In this document: positions 29,301 to 39,591 of the stretch, piece after piece
Layout of the letters: each line of letters begins with the position of its first letter
Position numbering within the stretch: the first letter of the stretch is position 1
Assembly: GCA_000002435.2 (NCBI GenBank)
Contig: CM018791.1
Source: Giardia intestinalis
Taxonomy: Eukaryota
DNA length: 64,000 bases
Direction: 5' to 3' (one strand)
Notes under the pieces: generated by a model
Seen by the model: only the letters and a program-made list of their open reading frames with translations
The model's database searches: none
Told to the model about the DNA's origin: nothing
Program-made: the position numbers and the translations under genes

Positions 29301-30215
29301 TTCCAGTCGATGGCCGTCCGGAGCACGTGCCGGTGGAGGAGCAGCGGCCGCCGCGCGAGGCTCTCGGCCGTCTCTCCCAGCCGCCGGGCAGCGACGACCT
29401 GCTTCGCGAGCTCGAGCAGAACGGAGGCGCGCGTCTCCGCCGTCATTGCCCCAGAGCCCATCCGATAGAAGCAGCGATAAAACTAAAAACAGACCAACGA
29501 ATAATGTGAAATTAAATATGTACAGGCCTTGCATAAAAGCTTTAGCGGGTGTTTGTTGCCTGCCTGCCCCGGTCCGTCGGGCGAGCAGGGCGCCCTCACC
29601 CGGGCCATCGCCGCAGTACGAGCTGGCTTGGGCCGCCACACAGAACAGACTGCTTTGCACACGGCGGCGCCGGGGCTGATGTATTGATCGGAGTTTTTTG
29701 GTATTGCCGGGGACCCCTGCCCTCGGCCGCCAGGGAGAGCCGCACCCTGCGCAGCCCCGGTTTGTCTACAGATACCCGGAGCTCTGCGGAGGCGGGCAGG
29801 CTGGGGCCGTCCCCCTCGTTCGGGGCATCGCCGACGACGAGCTGCTGCCTGCGGCCCGCGGGGTCTTCCGCTCTGAGAGGGGTCGCCGAGTGTCGGGGGC
29901 CGCAGTGCTCTGCAAGGCTTGCACACGACCAGGGGCTGCCCAGTTTTTTGAGCAGCTGGCTCTGGCGCGGATTCTACGGACGCCTGCTGCCGGCCCGGTC
30001 TACAGGGGCGCCCGCGTGTCTACTGTGGCCTGGCTTGCGTGCCTGCACGTCCTCCTGCGGTGGTTCCCCCCGTGGCGCAGAAAGCCCCGCCTGTCCCCTC
30101 CCACCGGGTTCTCCCGACGTGCTCTTTGTCGCTCCCAGCCGAGTTTCTAACGGATAAAGAAGCGGCATGGCCAAACCAGTCGCCAGATTGCAGTGTGCTC
30201 TGCAGCCGGGGATCT
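26330..30215. repeat. Inverted-repeat arm B (about 3.9 kb); mirror image of 18857-22770.
   Basis: See arm A. Identical ORF translations on the opposite strand throughout. The inner edge diverges right after caaatggaga (26330 versus 22770). Confidence 0.9.
28652..29461 (-). CDS. Myb/SANT-like helix-turn-helix protein with Pro-rich tail (copy 2, in arm B).
   Basis: 269-aa translation identical to 19624..20433. ATG (cat on the + strand) at 29459-29461 with the same A/T-rich upstream context. Confidence 0.6.
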   Translation of the reverse strand: MGSGAMTAETRASVLLELAKQVVAARRLGETAESLARRPLLLHRHVLRTAIDWKKIARALSEDRSRIYHWYRETHSRSILNVKMTGEDRRAIKAMIIAGVRDRSVLGPDFYRRVHERFGAKYPRQELRMTYNNALRTQDVRAALEEHGVVLPRRTYGPRAARQEEEASPVAATPPPPCVFGCAAPPLVPPVGGPVFVVPGAVSALLPPHAPGCLVLALPPGVVPGPGVLPLQTGQGLLGPPVAFACVPCFPPAGYGGVPGCADASPSKG

Positions 30216-30913
30216 TGCTGGCATCTCACGCGACCGGGCTCTGGGTGTGCCTGCTCAACAGTAGCTACCTCATCCACAGAGTGCTGATGCAGATATTATG
30301 CGCTACGTATCAGTGACCACAGGGGCACCGATAGACAGGGTCTCAGCCTCAGTGCACAACGAAGGTTATCAAGCATAGCGAGGCTTACATACTGAGCATG
30401 GGTCCGTGCCCCGCGTGGTCTTCTTAAGAACTAGTGCATGAGTGTTTGTGAGACGATGCTATCCGTATGAGGCGGGCTATCCGTCGTACGCGAAGTGCAG
30501 TACGGCAGAAGTGGGTGATGCAGGAACCAGAGGGGGTGCTTCAGCACATCAGTCGTCGGCCCCTCTGCCTTCTGTCACGCCTGATGGACTCTCCTCTACT
30601 ATCGCAACTCAGTCGTGGTTGTCTGAGGAGAGGACTAGGTATTCAGTAGACAATGGAATCGCGTGGCCTGGACGCGATTTCGTGATGGCCAACACGGGTT
30701 ATCAGGCTGGCTGTGGTCTGGATATGTGGTACAGCTTCCTTCACTCAAGCAGGGGTTAACACCTGCACTAATACAGATCTACAATAAGACATACACCATG
30801 CCCAGTACAGTTGAAAGATAAAACAGAAAGATATTATATTAAACGATAGTTATATTTGCCGTCAATTGTTATTAATAGAGCTAACACCCCTGGTCAAAAA
30901 AACGTTCGCTGTG

Positions 30914-31702
30914 ATGTCCCGGCATTGGGTCCACACCCCGTCAAACACGATAGTATGGGCTGCAAACAGCATGGTTCCTGGCGAAGAGCTGCCTGGAGTT
31001 CCGAATACCTCTCTTCCTGGCCAAGGAGTTGTTCGGGTGGACGAATCTTTCGTCGCGAGTGTCGTGGGAAACATGAAGCAGGTTGGCAAGATAGTGTCTG
31101 TTCAGCCATCGTGTTTACACATCTACGAACCTGTCACAGCAGATGTCGTCCTTGGGCGCGTCGTTCGTCTTCTGCCGAATAAGTGGGTCCTGGACATAGG
31201 TGCAATACAGCATGCTACTCTCCACATTGATAACTTGAACATACCGGGGATCCAGCGGGTAAGGGACACTGCAGATGAAAGCAATATGCGCCAGTGGCTT
31301 GACGTGGATCAGCTTATTTCGTGCGAGGTAAAGCAGGGCTATGCACTTCTTACTCGGAGTGCACAGTTCGGGGTGTTGAACCATGGCGTACTAGTGAAGG
31401 TGCCTCCTTGCGCAGTGGGCCCATCGACTACCGCGTTTGCAAACCTGGACTCTCTGAATGTGCATGTTATTCTCGGCAGGAATGGATGGATTTGGATTTC
31501 TGAGATGCGGAATCCCAGTGATACTAGAGAGACAGTTCGAGACAGTGCATCTCCGACTCCTTCCAAGGAGCAACTGCAAGCGATATCCCATGTAGCGCAA
31601 CTTTTACAGACCATGTGTGCCGCTGGAGAGCGTGTTACTCCTGCGTCCATCCTTTCAGCAAGCAAAAGGCATCTCGAACCCGGATGCTCTCCTAAGACTT
31701 AG
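30914..31702 (+). CDS. Exosome complex RNA-binding subunit, Rrp4/Rrp40-like (S1 plus KH domains).
   Basis: S1-domain-like YEPVTADVVLGRVVRLLPNKWVLDIGA, then MRQWLDVDQLISCEVKQ...ALLTRSAQFGVL and ILGRNGWIWISE. These match the conserved Rrp4/Rrp40 blocks (GDxVIGRV...W.VDI; EGDLISAEVQ; SLHTRS.KYGKL; ILGNNGYIW). The track start at 30866 is a TTG codon; the first ATG is at 30914 after caaaaaaacg. Confidence 0.6.
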   Translation: MSRHWVHTPSNTIVWAANSMVPGEELPGVPNTSLPGQGVVRVDESFVASVVGNMKQVGKIVSVQPSCLHIYEPVTADVVLGRVVRLLPNKWVLDIGAIQHATLHIDNLNIPGIQRVRDTADESNMRQWLDVDQLISCEVKQGYALLTRSAQFGVLNHGVLVKVPPCAVGPSTTAFANLDSLNVHVILGRNGWIWISEMRNPSDTRETVRDSASPTPSKEQLQAISHVAQLLQTMCAAGERVTPASILSASKRHLEPGCSPKT

Positions 31703-31832
31703 CACTGTGAATAGCCTATAGATAGCCACTATTTACTAGCGTTGACCAAGCGGTCAATAGCCTGCAGCAGACGGACTGGCTCATGATGCACAGCTCACCT
31801 GCATCATTGTGCTCGCATCCTGTAAACAAAAA

Positions 31833-32645
31833 ATGCCCAAAGCAGAGGCCGATATGATACGAAAGATTTATAAGCAGAACCTTGCAGACTACGTGCAGTT
31901 ACATGGACAGTTGGATGCATCACCATTAGGAATAACATCCGCGCAGGCATTGCTTCCAGGAAACTCTCGTACAAGGCAGGCGCCTGACCCATCATCTTCG
32001 GCTTCTGAAGCTCAGCCAGCCCTTGACTCTCCCACTGAGCAGCAGCTCTCCAATAGTGGATCATTAAGGCGTCATCCCCACGACGCGGAGAACATATTTC
32101 TCAGTGCACTCATTGAGGCAGGAAGCACTAGGGCTTACGTCAAAGACAAGTCAATAAGCACAAGCGTCCAGGCACAGGGGGATGAACACTTTGTTCCGCT
32201 TACCGAGGACTTCATCAAGCTTAACCGCATCTTGGCAGACTTTCCCTACAACGCAGCTCTAAATGCTAAGCTTTCTCCACGTACCGCGTCGCCCCTTTCT
32301 TCCATAGTTTACAATAAGGATATTAAAGGGCGGCAGGACGGTAGGTCAAGGGTTGCTCGACCGACTTCTGCACCATCGTTGAGAACACGCAGAGACGTGT
32401 ACATGGTGAATGCGCTCGTCGAGAAGCTTCATATGGCAACGAACGATCTCATGCACGAAAGGAGGCGTCGGATGGAACTGGAAACCCGGCTGCTGCAGAG
32501 CAACGAAGCCATCTTCCGGGCTGCATACTCTCAAGCGCGTGTCATGGTGCTTGTTGAGTTGAGAGAGGCACTACTAACAGCACTGACTGCTAGCACAGGA
32601 GAGCTGCCTGAAATCCTTTCTGATGCGCTCCGGAGCCTCTCCTGA
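31833..32645 (+). CDS. Hypothetical protein (270 aa).
   Basis: Clean ORF. The track start at 31809 is a GTG codon. The first ATG at 31833 is preceded by gtaaacaaaaa ATG. Translation is non-repetitive with a helical C-terminus. Confidence 0.45.
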   Translation: MPKAEADMIRKIYKQNLADYVQLHGQLDASPLGITSAQALLPGNSRTRQAPDPSSSASEAQPALDSPTEQQLSNSGSLRRHPHDAENIFLSALIEAGSTRAYVKDKSISTSVQAQGDEHFVPLTEDFIKLNRILADFPYNAALNAKLSPRTASPLSSIVYNKDIKGRQDGRSRVARPTSAPSLRTRRDVYMVNALVEKLHMATNDLMHERRRRMELETRLLQSNEAIFRAAYSQARVMVLVELREALLTALTASTGELPEILSDALRSLS

Positions 32646-32827
32646 GCTCTTCTGAATTTAGACTCGACACCGTCGGGATTCCAATTCTGTCACCAAAGGC
32701 AGAGGAGTAAATAGCTTATTTTCATGGATGGTCTAGCCTACTCTCTGACTGATTGCTTCTCGCTATATCTGCCATACGGAGTCTAGAGGCTGGTGAAGCT
32801 TAGATTTAGGATTCTTGTCGTTAAAAA

Positions 32828-35800
32828 ATGTCTAGGCCCTCCACCGCGCAAGGACGGCAAAGGAGCTTGGAGCAAGACAGCGTGAGTTCTCTCCTACTAA
32901 ATACCTCAAATAGGAGTCTTGTTGTCGATGACTTGGGCACTTTGGGGCTGATAGAAGAGAGAATTCAGCAGAACATTCTTCGGTCAGACGTTCTCTCTCG
33001 CTACTTTAGCAACGAAAAGATAAAAGAGCAGAATGAACTAATCAAGAGCAAATACCTCCAGAGCCTTGTTAAACTGTCGGAGACAGAGGTGATTGAGGAA
33101 TCTTATAAAGCCATCAATGATAAGTACATAAAACTTGAGGACGCATACACAGACATGCGGAAGATGAACGAGCAGCTTCTTGAGAGCCTTAAGGAAGCGA
33201 AGATCACAATTAATCAACTGAGCGGGGGATCTGGGAAGTCTGGCACGGCAGAGATCATTTCCGGGAATATTGCCCTTTCCACCGCGCAGAGCCGCACCAT
33301 CTCGACCCTTCATAAGTTATTTACTGACCTAGACATGATCCAGGTTCCGACTGAACAGGCCAATAACATGAGCGAGCCAGAGTTGGTGCAAATGGCCGCA
33401 ATCAACCTCGCAGTCCAATACAAAAGACTCAAGGTTGATGCCGACAGTCGTCGCTCCTTCTCCACAGAGAGTGAGGCGCAGATGGACAACCTCCAGCGCC
33501 AGATTGTCAAGATAGAGTTGGAGTTAGTGGAAAGCAGAAACATGGTTTCCTTCTTAGAAAAAGAGTGTGACAGGCTCAAGAATAGCAACCAGGAAGTGGT
33601 AAATCTACGTACACAGGTTTCTCAGCGTGATGAGATACTCCAAGACAAAAGCATGCTAATAAGCACTCTCCAGAACCAGATAAAGGTTATGCAGGCAGAA
33701 AAGGTCGATGCCGACCAAGCCACTTTTGTGGCCCGGAACGATTTGAGCCTAGCAGAAGAGACCATCAAGGAAAAGAGCGTAACGATCGAGAAGCTCATGG
33801 AGAAGCTGTCGAAACTCAAAAAGACATCACAGGTGGCGATAGAGCAGAGAGACCAGGACGCAGTTGAGCTAGCGAGGTCTGTTGCAGATATGCGTCAAAA
33901 ACTCAGCGATACCGTTGATGAGAAGCAGCGCATAGTCCATCAGCTACACATAGATATGGATAGTATGAAGAAGTCCCACGAGGAGAGCATTTCGCAGCAC
34001 AAAAGCGAAATCGAGGCAATCAAAAGTGCATTTGACGAGTCCACGTTTATTAAGAACGCTCGCATCAGCAAGCTCACAACCGAGTTGACAGAGACGCAGA
34101 CACAGTTAGCAAGCGCTTTGGAGAAAAATCAGGAGCTTCAGTCTGAGTCCAAAAAGGCTCAGCACGCAGCAGAAGTCCTGCTCGCGGAAAGAGAGATAGC
34201 AAATACAACTCTTACTCAAGAGCTACAAGCAACTAAGGGGGAGCTGGAAGCAGTAAGAAAGTCTAATCACGAGCAGGTCAATTCGTACGAATCTCTTCTT
34301 CAAAAGACGCAGCAGAGCTATGAGGCTCTCTTAAGGGAAAAAGAAGACACGATACTTAAGCTTAATCTAGAATGCGATAACGCTAAGAAGGCTTTTGATG
34401 ATCATTCTGAGCAGTCGACGGCCCATGTTCAAGCGTTACGCGAAGAGGTTGAGCGCGTCAGACACACCAGCGAAAACCTTCTTCAGGAAAAAATGGGGGT
34501 TATCAATCGGTTGACTGCAGAGATACAAGCCATCAAGCTTGACGGGGAGCGAGCCTTAGACAGCAAGGATACTCAGATAGCAGAGCTACAGAAGAACGTC
34601 AGTTCTTTGATGGAAGACTTAACCAAAACGTCCTCAAACTCATCTGCAGAGCTCAGCCGACTAACTAACTTGTTAGAAGCAACCAGGAAGGACTACGTGC
34701 AACGACTAGAATCAAAGGACGAGCAGCTGCGGATTGCTACTAACGAATACAAAGAGAATATGGAAAAGCTGGATGCAGTTTTTGCCAAAAAGGATGCAGA
34801 GCTTTCAAAGCAAACTGCCGCACTACACGCTCTCCGTGATGAGCTATCCCAAGTTAAGTCAAATCATCTTTTGGAAGTTGATAGGCTTCTGAAAGAAGTT
34901 AATTCTGCTCAGCAAAACACATCCATGACCTTGCTTTCTAACCAGGACGAAATTTCTCGCCTTGGAAGAGAACTAGACGTAGTCAAGAATTCGGCGTCCA
35001 TTAACGAAGTTGAGGCAAATAAAAAGATCCAGAGTCTAAATCTGAAGATCATCTCTTTACAACAAGAGCTGCAAGACTCCAAGAACGAGGCCGATGCTGC
35101 ACTCAAAGAAAAGGTACGTGAACTGGATACTCTCCGGCTTCTCATGGATGACAGCACATCCACTGCAGCAAAGGCTGCACAAAATCTTCAGAACACTGTC
35201 GACAAGCTCCAACAGGAACTCTCCTCTGTGTCATCGGACAAGCTTGCTATCTCGGCGGAAATGAATCGAGTGGTTTCAGAGCTAAAGCACGAGCTCTCAA
35301 CTGAGAAACAAATGCGAGAAGCAGAGAATTCTCGGGCACAGCTCCAGATATCCCATCTGGAGGCACAAGTCAAAGATGCAGCAAAGGCCAAGGACAGCGA
35401 AGTGACAAGGCTCCTCTCAGACCTAAAGACTGTAAAGGAGGAGCTTGCTATCGTAGTGGATCAGAAGGATGCCAAGATTGCAGAAATTTCCCGAAAATTA
35501 GAAGATACATTCCACAAACTGCAAAGGTCTGAGCAGACGGTTGAGGTCCTTCAGGCTGCAAAAGAGAAAGAGCTGTCTGTAGCCAAACTAAATACCGATC
35601 AAACAATTGCGCTGTTAAACGACCGCGTTGCTAATCTTGCCGCTGAATTGAACAAGCAGAAGAACGAGACTGAGGAGCTTCTGGCGTTTAAAGACTTACA
35701 ATACAAGCAATTACAGAAACAATTAGAGGACTCTAGGACTGAAGTCACTGAGGCAACCAGTTCTGGCAGGGCCGAGATCTCTAGGCTCCAGCTCCAGATA

Positions 35801-37690
35801 GATAATCTTGGCGAAGCGTTATTACAGGCCCAGATAGAGTATGCACAAAAAGAAGATGCACTCAAGGATGATCTAAATAGTGCCAAGGCTGTGCTTCTTG
35901 CCGAGTCAGCCGAGAAGGATGCCATCATTTCTACGTTGAAGAAAGATCTGACAAATCTGCGTGCTGAGCTGCTCTCGTCCGAAGAGGCCAAAGATGTGAC
36001 AATTGCACGGTACAAGCAGGATTGCGAAAACCTCCAAACATCCTTGACAAAGTCAATAGAGAAGAAGGAGGAGGCGTATAACATCCTCAAGCAAGAGTTT
36101 GCAGGTTATAAGAAGGACGTGAGCGCTGCAAAGCAAGCGTACGAGGCGCAGATAGCAAGCCTCACAGGAGACCTGGCAGCCGCCAAGAAGAAGTCAGAGC
36201 AGCTTGAGATGGAGATAGAGAGAGAAATGAAGCATGCTTCAGCATCGAGCAAGAAGGCGCAAGCAGAGTTGAAAGTGACAATCGATCAGAAGCAGCGCGA
36301 GTTGGAAGAACTTCAGAAAGAGTACCTTTCCTCACAGGCCGAGGCCTTGTCCACCAACAAGCGCCTACAAGATGAAATAGACAAGCTTATACAGGACAAG
36401 GGAGGTCTCATCAATCAAATATCGAGTCTGAAACAGGAGATATCGGTATCATCCGCTGACAGAGAGCATCAAGCTAAAAAAGCCGACAAAGATATCAAGA
36501 CACTTCAAGACGCTCTACGCATAGCAGAAGAGGATAAAAGAGTTTTGGAGTTGGAGGGAAACAGCAAGCTGGAGGAGATTAAACAGCAATATGAGTGCTT
36601 GATATCAGAGAAGAATAAGTCTATCACAGAACTCAATCAAAAGGTTCGAGACATGTACAATGAAGTCATCGAAGCCCAAGCAGCCAAAAACAATGAAATT
36701 GCCAGGGCTGCAGAGGAGCTTACTAAGAAGAGCCAGACACATCTCGATATCGTAAGTGAAAAGGACGAAAAACTCGCCAAAATGGAGGCGGATTTGGCCA
36801 GGGTCCAAAAGGAGCTTCGTGCGTTAGAGATCTCAAAGAAGGAAACAGAGGCACTCCTCAAGCGAGAACAGGGAGAGCTAACACTAAGATATAGCGCAGA
36901 GACCAACATGAAGGACGAGAGAATAGTAGCTCTGGAGAAGGAGCTTGGATCTTTTAAAGATAACTTAGCTAGAACGACAAAGCTCAAGGACGACGAGATA
37001 AGAGACCTGGAAGCACAGCTGCGTGATACGAAGAAGAAGTCGCAGACAGCACTAAATGAAAACACGCAGCTAATAGATTCCATTCAAGTGAAGATGGATA
37101 GCGTGAAGCAGGAGTCCGCAGAAGCTCTTAAGAAGAAGTCTGCAAAGATCGAGGAGCTAAAGGCAGAGCTGAGCCACACACTAGAAGAACACTCTACCTT
37201 TGCTATGAAGAAGGATGCAGAGATCCAAGAACTGACACGGAAACTAGGCACTCTGGAGGCCCAGCTTGGCCAGACTGTTTCCTCGGTAGTATATGATGCC
37301 GTCAAAGAGCAGTTGGATGAAAAGGAGCGGGACACAGTTGAACTTCGTGCGGAGATTGCGCGTCTCAAGGAGGCGTCACAGGCAACGTCCATGGTCAGTG
37401 GAGAGGAGAACACAAAACTTGCGCTGAAAGTTAAGCAGCTCGAAGCGGAGCTAGAGGAGCTACGCGCTTATCACGACTTTATTAAGCCCCAAGTGATGGA
37501 ACAGAAGCTTGAGGAGATGAATGCTGCACCGCCCACAGAGGAAGCGTCGTTTATGAAACAGTTAATCAAGGAGAATGGCTACCTCAAGCAGCGCCTGAAC
37601 CAGATCGCACTGGGTAGTGACGAATCTACATCTCGCAATTCTAGTATATCCGAAGGGCGGCGTCCAGGAGGCCGCTTACGAACCAAGTAA
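32828..37690 (+). CDS. Giant coiled-coil protein (1620 aa).
   Basis: 4.9 kb ORF with continuous heptad-like E/K/L/Q/A-rich sequence. ATG preceded by gtcgttaaaaa. Confidence 0.75.
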   Translation: MSRPSTAQGRQRSLEQDSVSSLLLNTSNRSLVVDDLGTLGLIEERIQQNILRSDVLSRYFSNEKIKEQNELIKSKYLQSLVKLSETEVIEESYKAINDKYIKLEDAYTDMRKMNEQLLESLKEAKITINQLSGGSGKSGTAEIISGNIALSTAQSRTISTLHKLFTDLDMIQVPTEQANNMSEPELVQMAAINLAVQYKRLKVDADSRRSFSTESEAQMDNLQRQIVKIELELVESRNMVSFLEKECDRLKNSNQEVVNLRTQVSQRDEILQDKSMLISTLQNQIKVMQAEKVDADQATFVARNDLSLAEETIKEKSVTIEKLMEKLSKLKKTSQVAIEQRDQDAVELARSVADMRQKLSDTVDEKQRIVHQLHIDMDSMKKSHEESISQHKSEIEAIKSAFDESTFIKNARISKLTTELTETQTQLASALEKNQELQSESKKAQHAAEVLLAEREIANTTLTQELQATKGELEAVRKSNHEQVNSYESLLQKTQQSYEALLREKEDTILKLNLECDNAKKAFDDHSEQSTAHVQALREEVERVRHTSENLLQEKMGVINRLTAEIQAIKLDGERALDSKDTQIAELQKNVSSLMEDLTKTSSNSSAELSRLTNLLEATRKDYVQRLESKDEQLRIATNEYKENMEKLDAVFAKKDAELSKQTAALHALRDELSQVKSNHLLEVDRLLKEVNSAQQNTSMTLLSNQDEISRLGRELDVVKNSASINEVEANKKIQSLNLKIISLQQELQDSKNEADAALKEKVRELDTLRLLMDDSTSTAAKAAQNLQNTVDKLQQELSSVSSDKLAISAEMNRVVSELKHELSTEKQMREAENSRAQLQISHLEAQVKDAAKAKDSEVTRLLSDLKTVKEELAIVVDQKDAKIAEISRKLEDTFHKLQRSEQTVEVLQAAKEKELSVAKLNTDQTIALLNDRVANLAAELNKQKNETEELLAFKDLQYKQLQKQLEDSRTEVTEATSSGRAEISRLQLQIDNLGEALLQAQIEYAQKEDALKDDLNSAKAVLLAESAEKDAIISTLKKDLTNLRAELLSSEEAKDVTIARYKQDCENLQTSLTKSIEKKEEAYNILKQEFAGYKKDVSAAKQAYEAQIASLTGDLAAAKKKSEQLEMEIEREMKHASASSKKAQAELKVTIDQKQRELEELQKEYLSSQAEALSTNKRLQDEIDKLIQDKGGLINQISSLKQEISVSSADREHQAKKADKDIKTLQDALRIAEEDKRVLELEGNSKLEEIKQQYECLISEKNKSITELNQKVRDMYNEVIEAQAAKNNEIARAAEELTKKSQTHLDIVSEKDEKLAKMEADLARVQKELRALEISKKETEALLKREQGELTLRYSAETNMKDERIVALEKELGSFKDNLARTTKLKDDEIRDLEAQLRDTKKKSQTALNENTQLIDSIQVKMDSVKQESAEALKKKSAKIEELKAELSHTLEEHSTFAMKKDAEIQELTRKLGTLEAQLGQTVSSVVYDAVKEQLDEKERDTVELRAEIARLKEASQATSMVSGEENTKLALKVKQLEAELEELRAYHDFIKPQVMEQKLEEMNAAPPTEEASFMKQLIKENGYLKQRLNQIALGSDESTSRNSSISEGRRPGGRLRTK

Positions 37691-37753
37691 TTCCTGGCTC
37701 TGCTCGTCCATAGCTTTGTCTTCCTTCCTCCTTCCCGCTAATAAATTAATTTT

Positions 37754-38794
37754 ATGCTGGATCTTCTTCGAAATCTATACAGGGCTATGGAAGGCGATAA
37801 CACGGAGCTTGCATGCACGTGTATTCCTTCAGATTCTCAAATTCCGGATCTCAAGTCTCTCTGCTCTTCGCTTTCATATAGCAACCTGGTTGATGGGCTT
37901 CTTGCAGTCACGTGGCTCTTGCAGCAGAGCATCGGAGAGGCCTACAATAAGTATGCCAGCTGTCTTGGAAACGCCATCATGCGGTGTTGCATTGACCAAG
38001 CCCGCGAGGTCACCCCGCTACAAACCTATAAACCAATTCCGATAAGCGACCACCCACGTAAGGCGGTCGCCAGTAAGCTCACAGATTGCATTAACTTATT
38101 ACGGATATTAAAGATAGACAGTGGCAGCGACGATCCATTCATCACGCGCCTCGAAAGCCTCTCAGACGCTGAGCTAACAACGTTTCGTACTGCAATTGCG
38201 CCACATATGAGGCGGCATTTTAGCGAGGTTGGAGACGAGGTCCGCGAGGAAGCTCAGATGGACAATCCCGCAACCGTATATGCCGTGTACCAGTCTGACT
38301 GTTCTCATCAGCCTTATGTATATTTCTATCTGCCCAAAAACCCTCTCTTCATTGCTGACCTGATAGAGTCATCCCTTTTCAATGCGTTCTCAGGCGGATA
38401 CACAAAAGAATATGAGGTCCTGGAGAGAAACAGACAGGGGCTAGCTCAATCATACGTCGACAAGTTTATCCTCATACACTCCGCCCTTACACATCCGGGA
38501 AACCTGGATCTTTGTGCATCAGTGTTTATGCAGGTAATAAAGCCACAGGAGCTTGTGCACATGAGCGTAATAGAATTAGAGCCAGCAGAATGCCGTGAGC
38601 TGAGAAATAAGGCGAGAGAGGAGATAATGGCTAGTGTAGATCTGAAGAGGTTTGTCCAGCATACAGGAATACAGTGCAAAAAGTGCAAGCAAGAGACCGT
38701 TGTTCGCTTGGAGAAGCAGACAAGAAGCGCTGACGAGGCTACGACAATAGAATACACGTGTTCCAGCTGCGGACACAGATGGAGAGTAAACTAG
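37754..38794 (+). CDS. TFIIS-type transcription elongation factor-like protein with a C-terminal C2C2 zinc ribbon.
   Basis: The C-terminus GIQCKKCKQETVVRLEKQTRSADEATTIEYTCSSCGHRWRV matches the TFIIS zinc-ribbon signature, including QTRSADE and the CxxC...CxxC spacing. Confidence 0.65.
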   Translation: MLDLLRNLYRAMEGDNTELACTCIPSDSQIPDLKSLCSSLSYSNLVDGLLAVTWLLQQSIGEAYNKYASCLGNAIMRCCIDQAREVTPLQTYKPIPISDHPRKAVASKLTDCINLLRILKIDSGSDDPFITRLESLSDAELTTFRTAIAPHMRRHFSEVGDEVREEAQMDNPATVYAVYQSDCSHQPYVYFYLPKNPLFIADLIESSLFNAFSGGYTKEYEVLERNRQGLAQSYVDKFILIHSALTHPGNLDLCASVFMQVIKPQELVHMSVIELEPAECRELRNKAREEIMASVDLKRFVQHTGIQCKKCKQETVVRLEKQTRSADEATTIEYTCSSCGHRWRVN

Positions 38795-38830
38795 TGCCCA
38801 CTAAGCTCCTCAAGTGTTACACCGCCACAA

Positions 38831-39544
38831 TCAGGTGGGCGAATCTTTAGCCCCCATCTGTTCCTCGAGCATCTCTTTCCTCTTTGCATTATATTCTGCA
38901 ATCTTCGCCCGCAGCTTGTCTTCCAGAGACCCGCAGAACGAAGAGAAGTTTGGAATTTCCATGGGATCAAAGGCACTGTCCGGAAGCCAGGGGACGGGCT
39001 CCACGGCGATATTTGCCATGTTGACGCAACTCTTTTCGTTGTTAATAAAGCCCTCCACATCCACGAGAAGTCCTCCAGTTGTACGAACCCTCGTATGGTT
39101 GACAGTTAAGATGTGCTCGTTTGTGCTCAAGATTGTACGCAGGAACTCCTTCTCGGAGACAACAGGATTCCCAGTAAGGTCAACATTAGTCAGATTAGCC
39201 ATCTTAGATAGATGCCGAAGCTCTTCCAGAGAAGATATTTTGCAGCCGACAAGGGAAATGGTCTCTGCTGTGCAGACAGATACCCCTTCATCAGTCAGTT
39301 CTCCTAGAAAACCCAACGAGGTAATCGGATTCCCGTCCAAAATAAGGATCTGCAAGGATGGCATCTTCTTCACAAAAGGGGCTGATCTAAGCTTATTATT
39401 GGAGAGGTTTAGATAAAAAACGGCTGTACAGAGCTCTAAAATGGTGGCGTCATCAACGTCCCGGTCTATCACGCTGAGCCGCGTGACGTTAGAAAGCGAA
39501 AATTCGCCGCTGAGCTGCTTAACCTCTACATCAGACAGCCGCAT
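38831..39544 (-). CDS. Leucine-rich-repeat protein.
   Basis: Several LxxLxLxxN repeats (LNLSNNKL, LQILILDGNPI, LTNVDLTGNPV). The track start at 39595 is a TTG codon; the first ATG is at 39544 (MRLSDVEV). Confidence 0.55.
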   Translation of the reverse strand: MRLSDVEVKQLSGEFSLSNVTRLSVIDRDVDDATILELCTAVFYLNLSNNKLRSAPFVKKMPSLQILILDGNPITSLGFLGELTDEGVSVCTAETISLVGCKISSLEELRHLSKMANLTNVDLTGNPVVSEKEFLRTILSTNEHILTVNHTRVRTTGGLLVDVEGFINNEKSCVNMANIAVEPVPWLPDSAFDPMEIPNFSSFCGSLEDKLRAKIAEYNAKRKEMLEEQMGAKDSPT

Positions 39545-39591
39545 GGTCGACAGCAGTGGCAGGTGCCAAGCGGCAAAGATCGGTACCAAAA

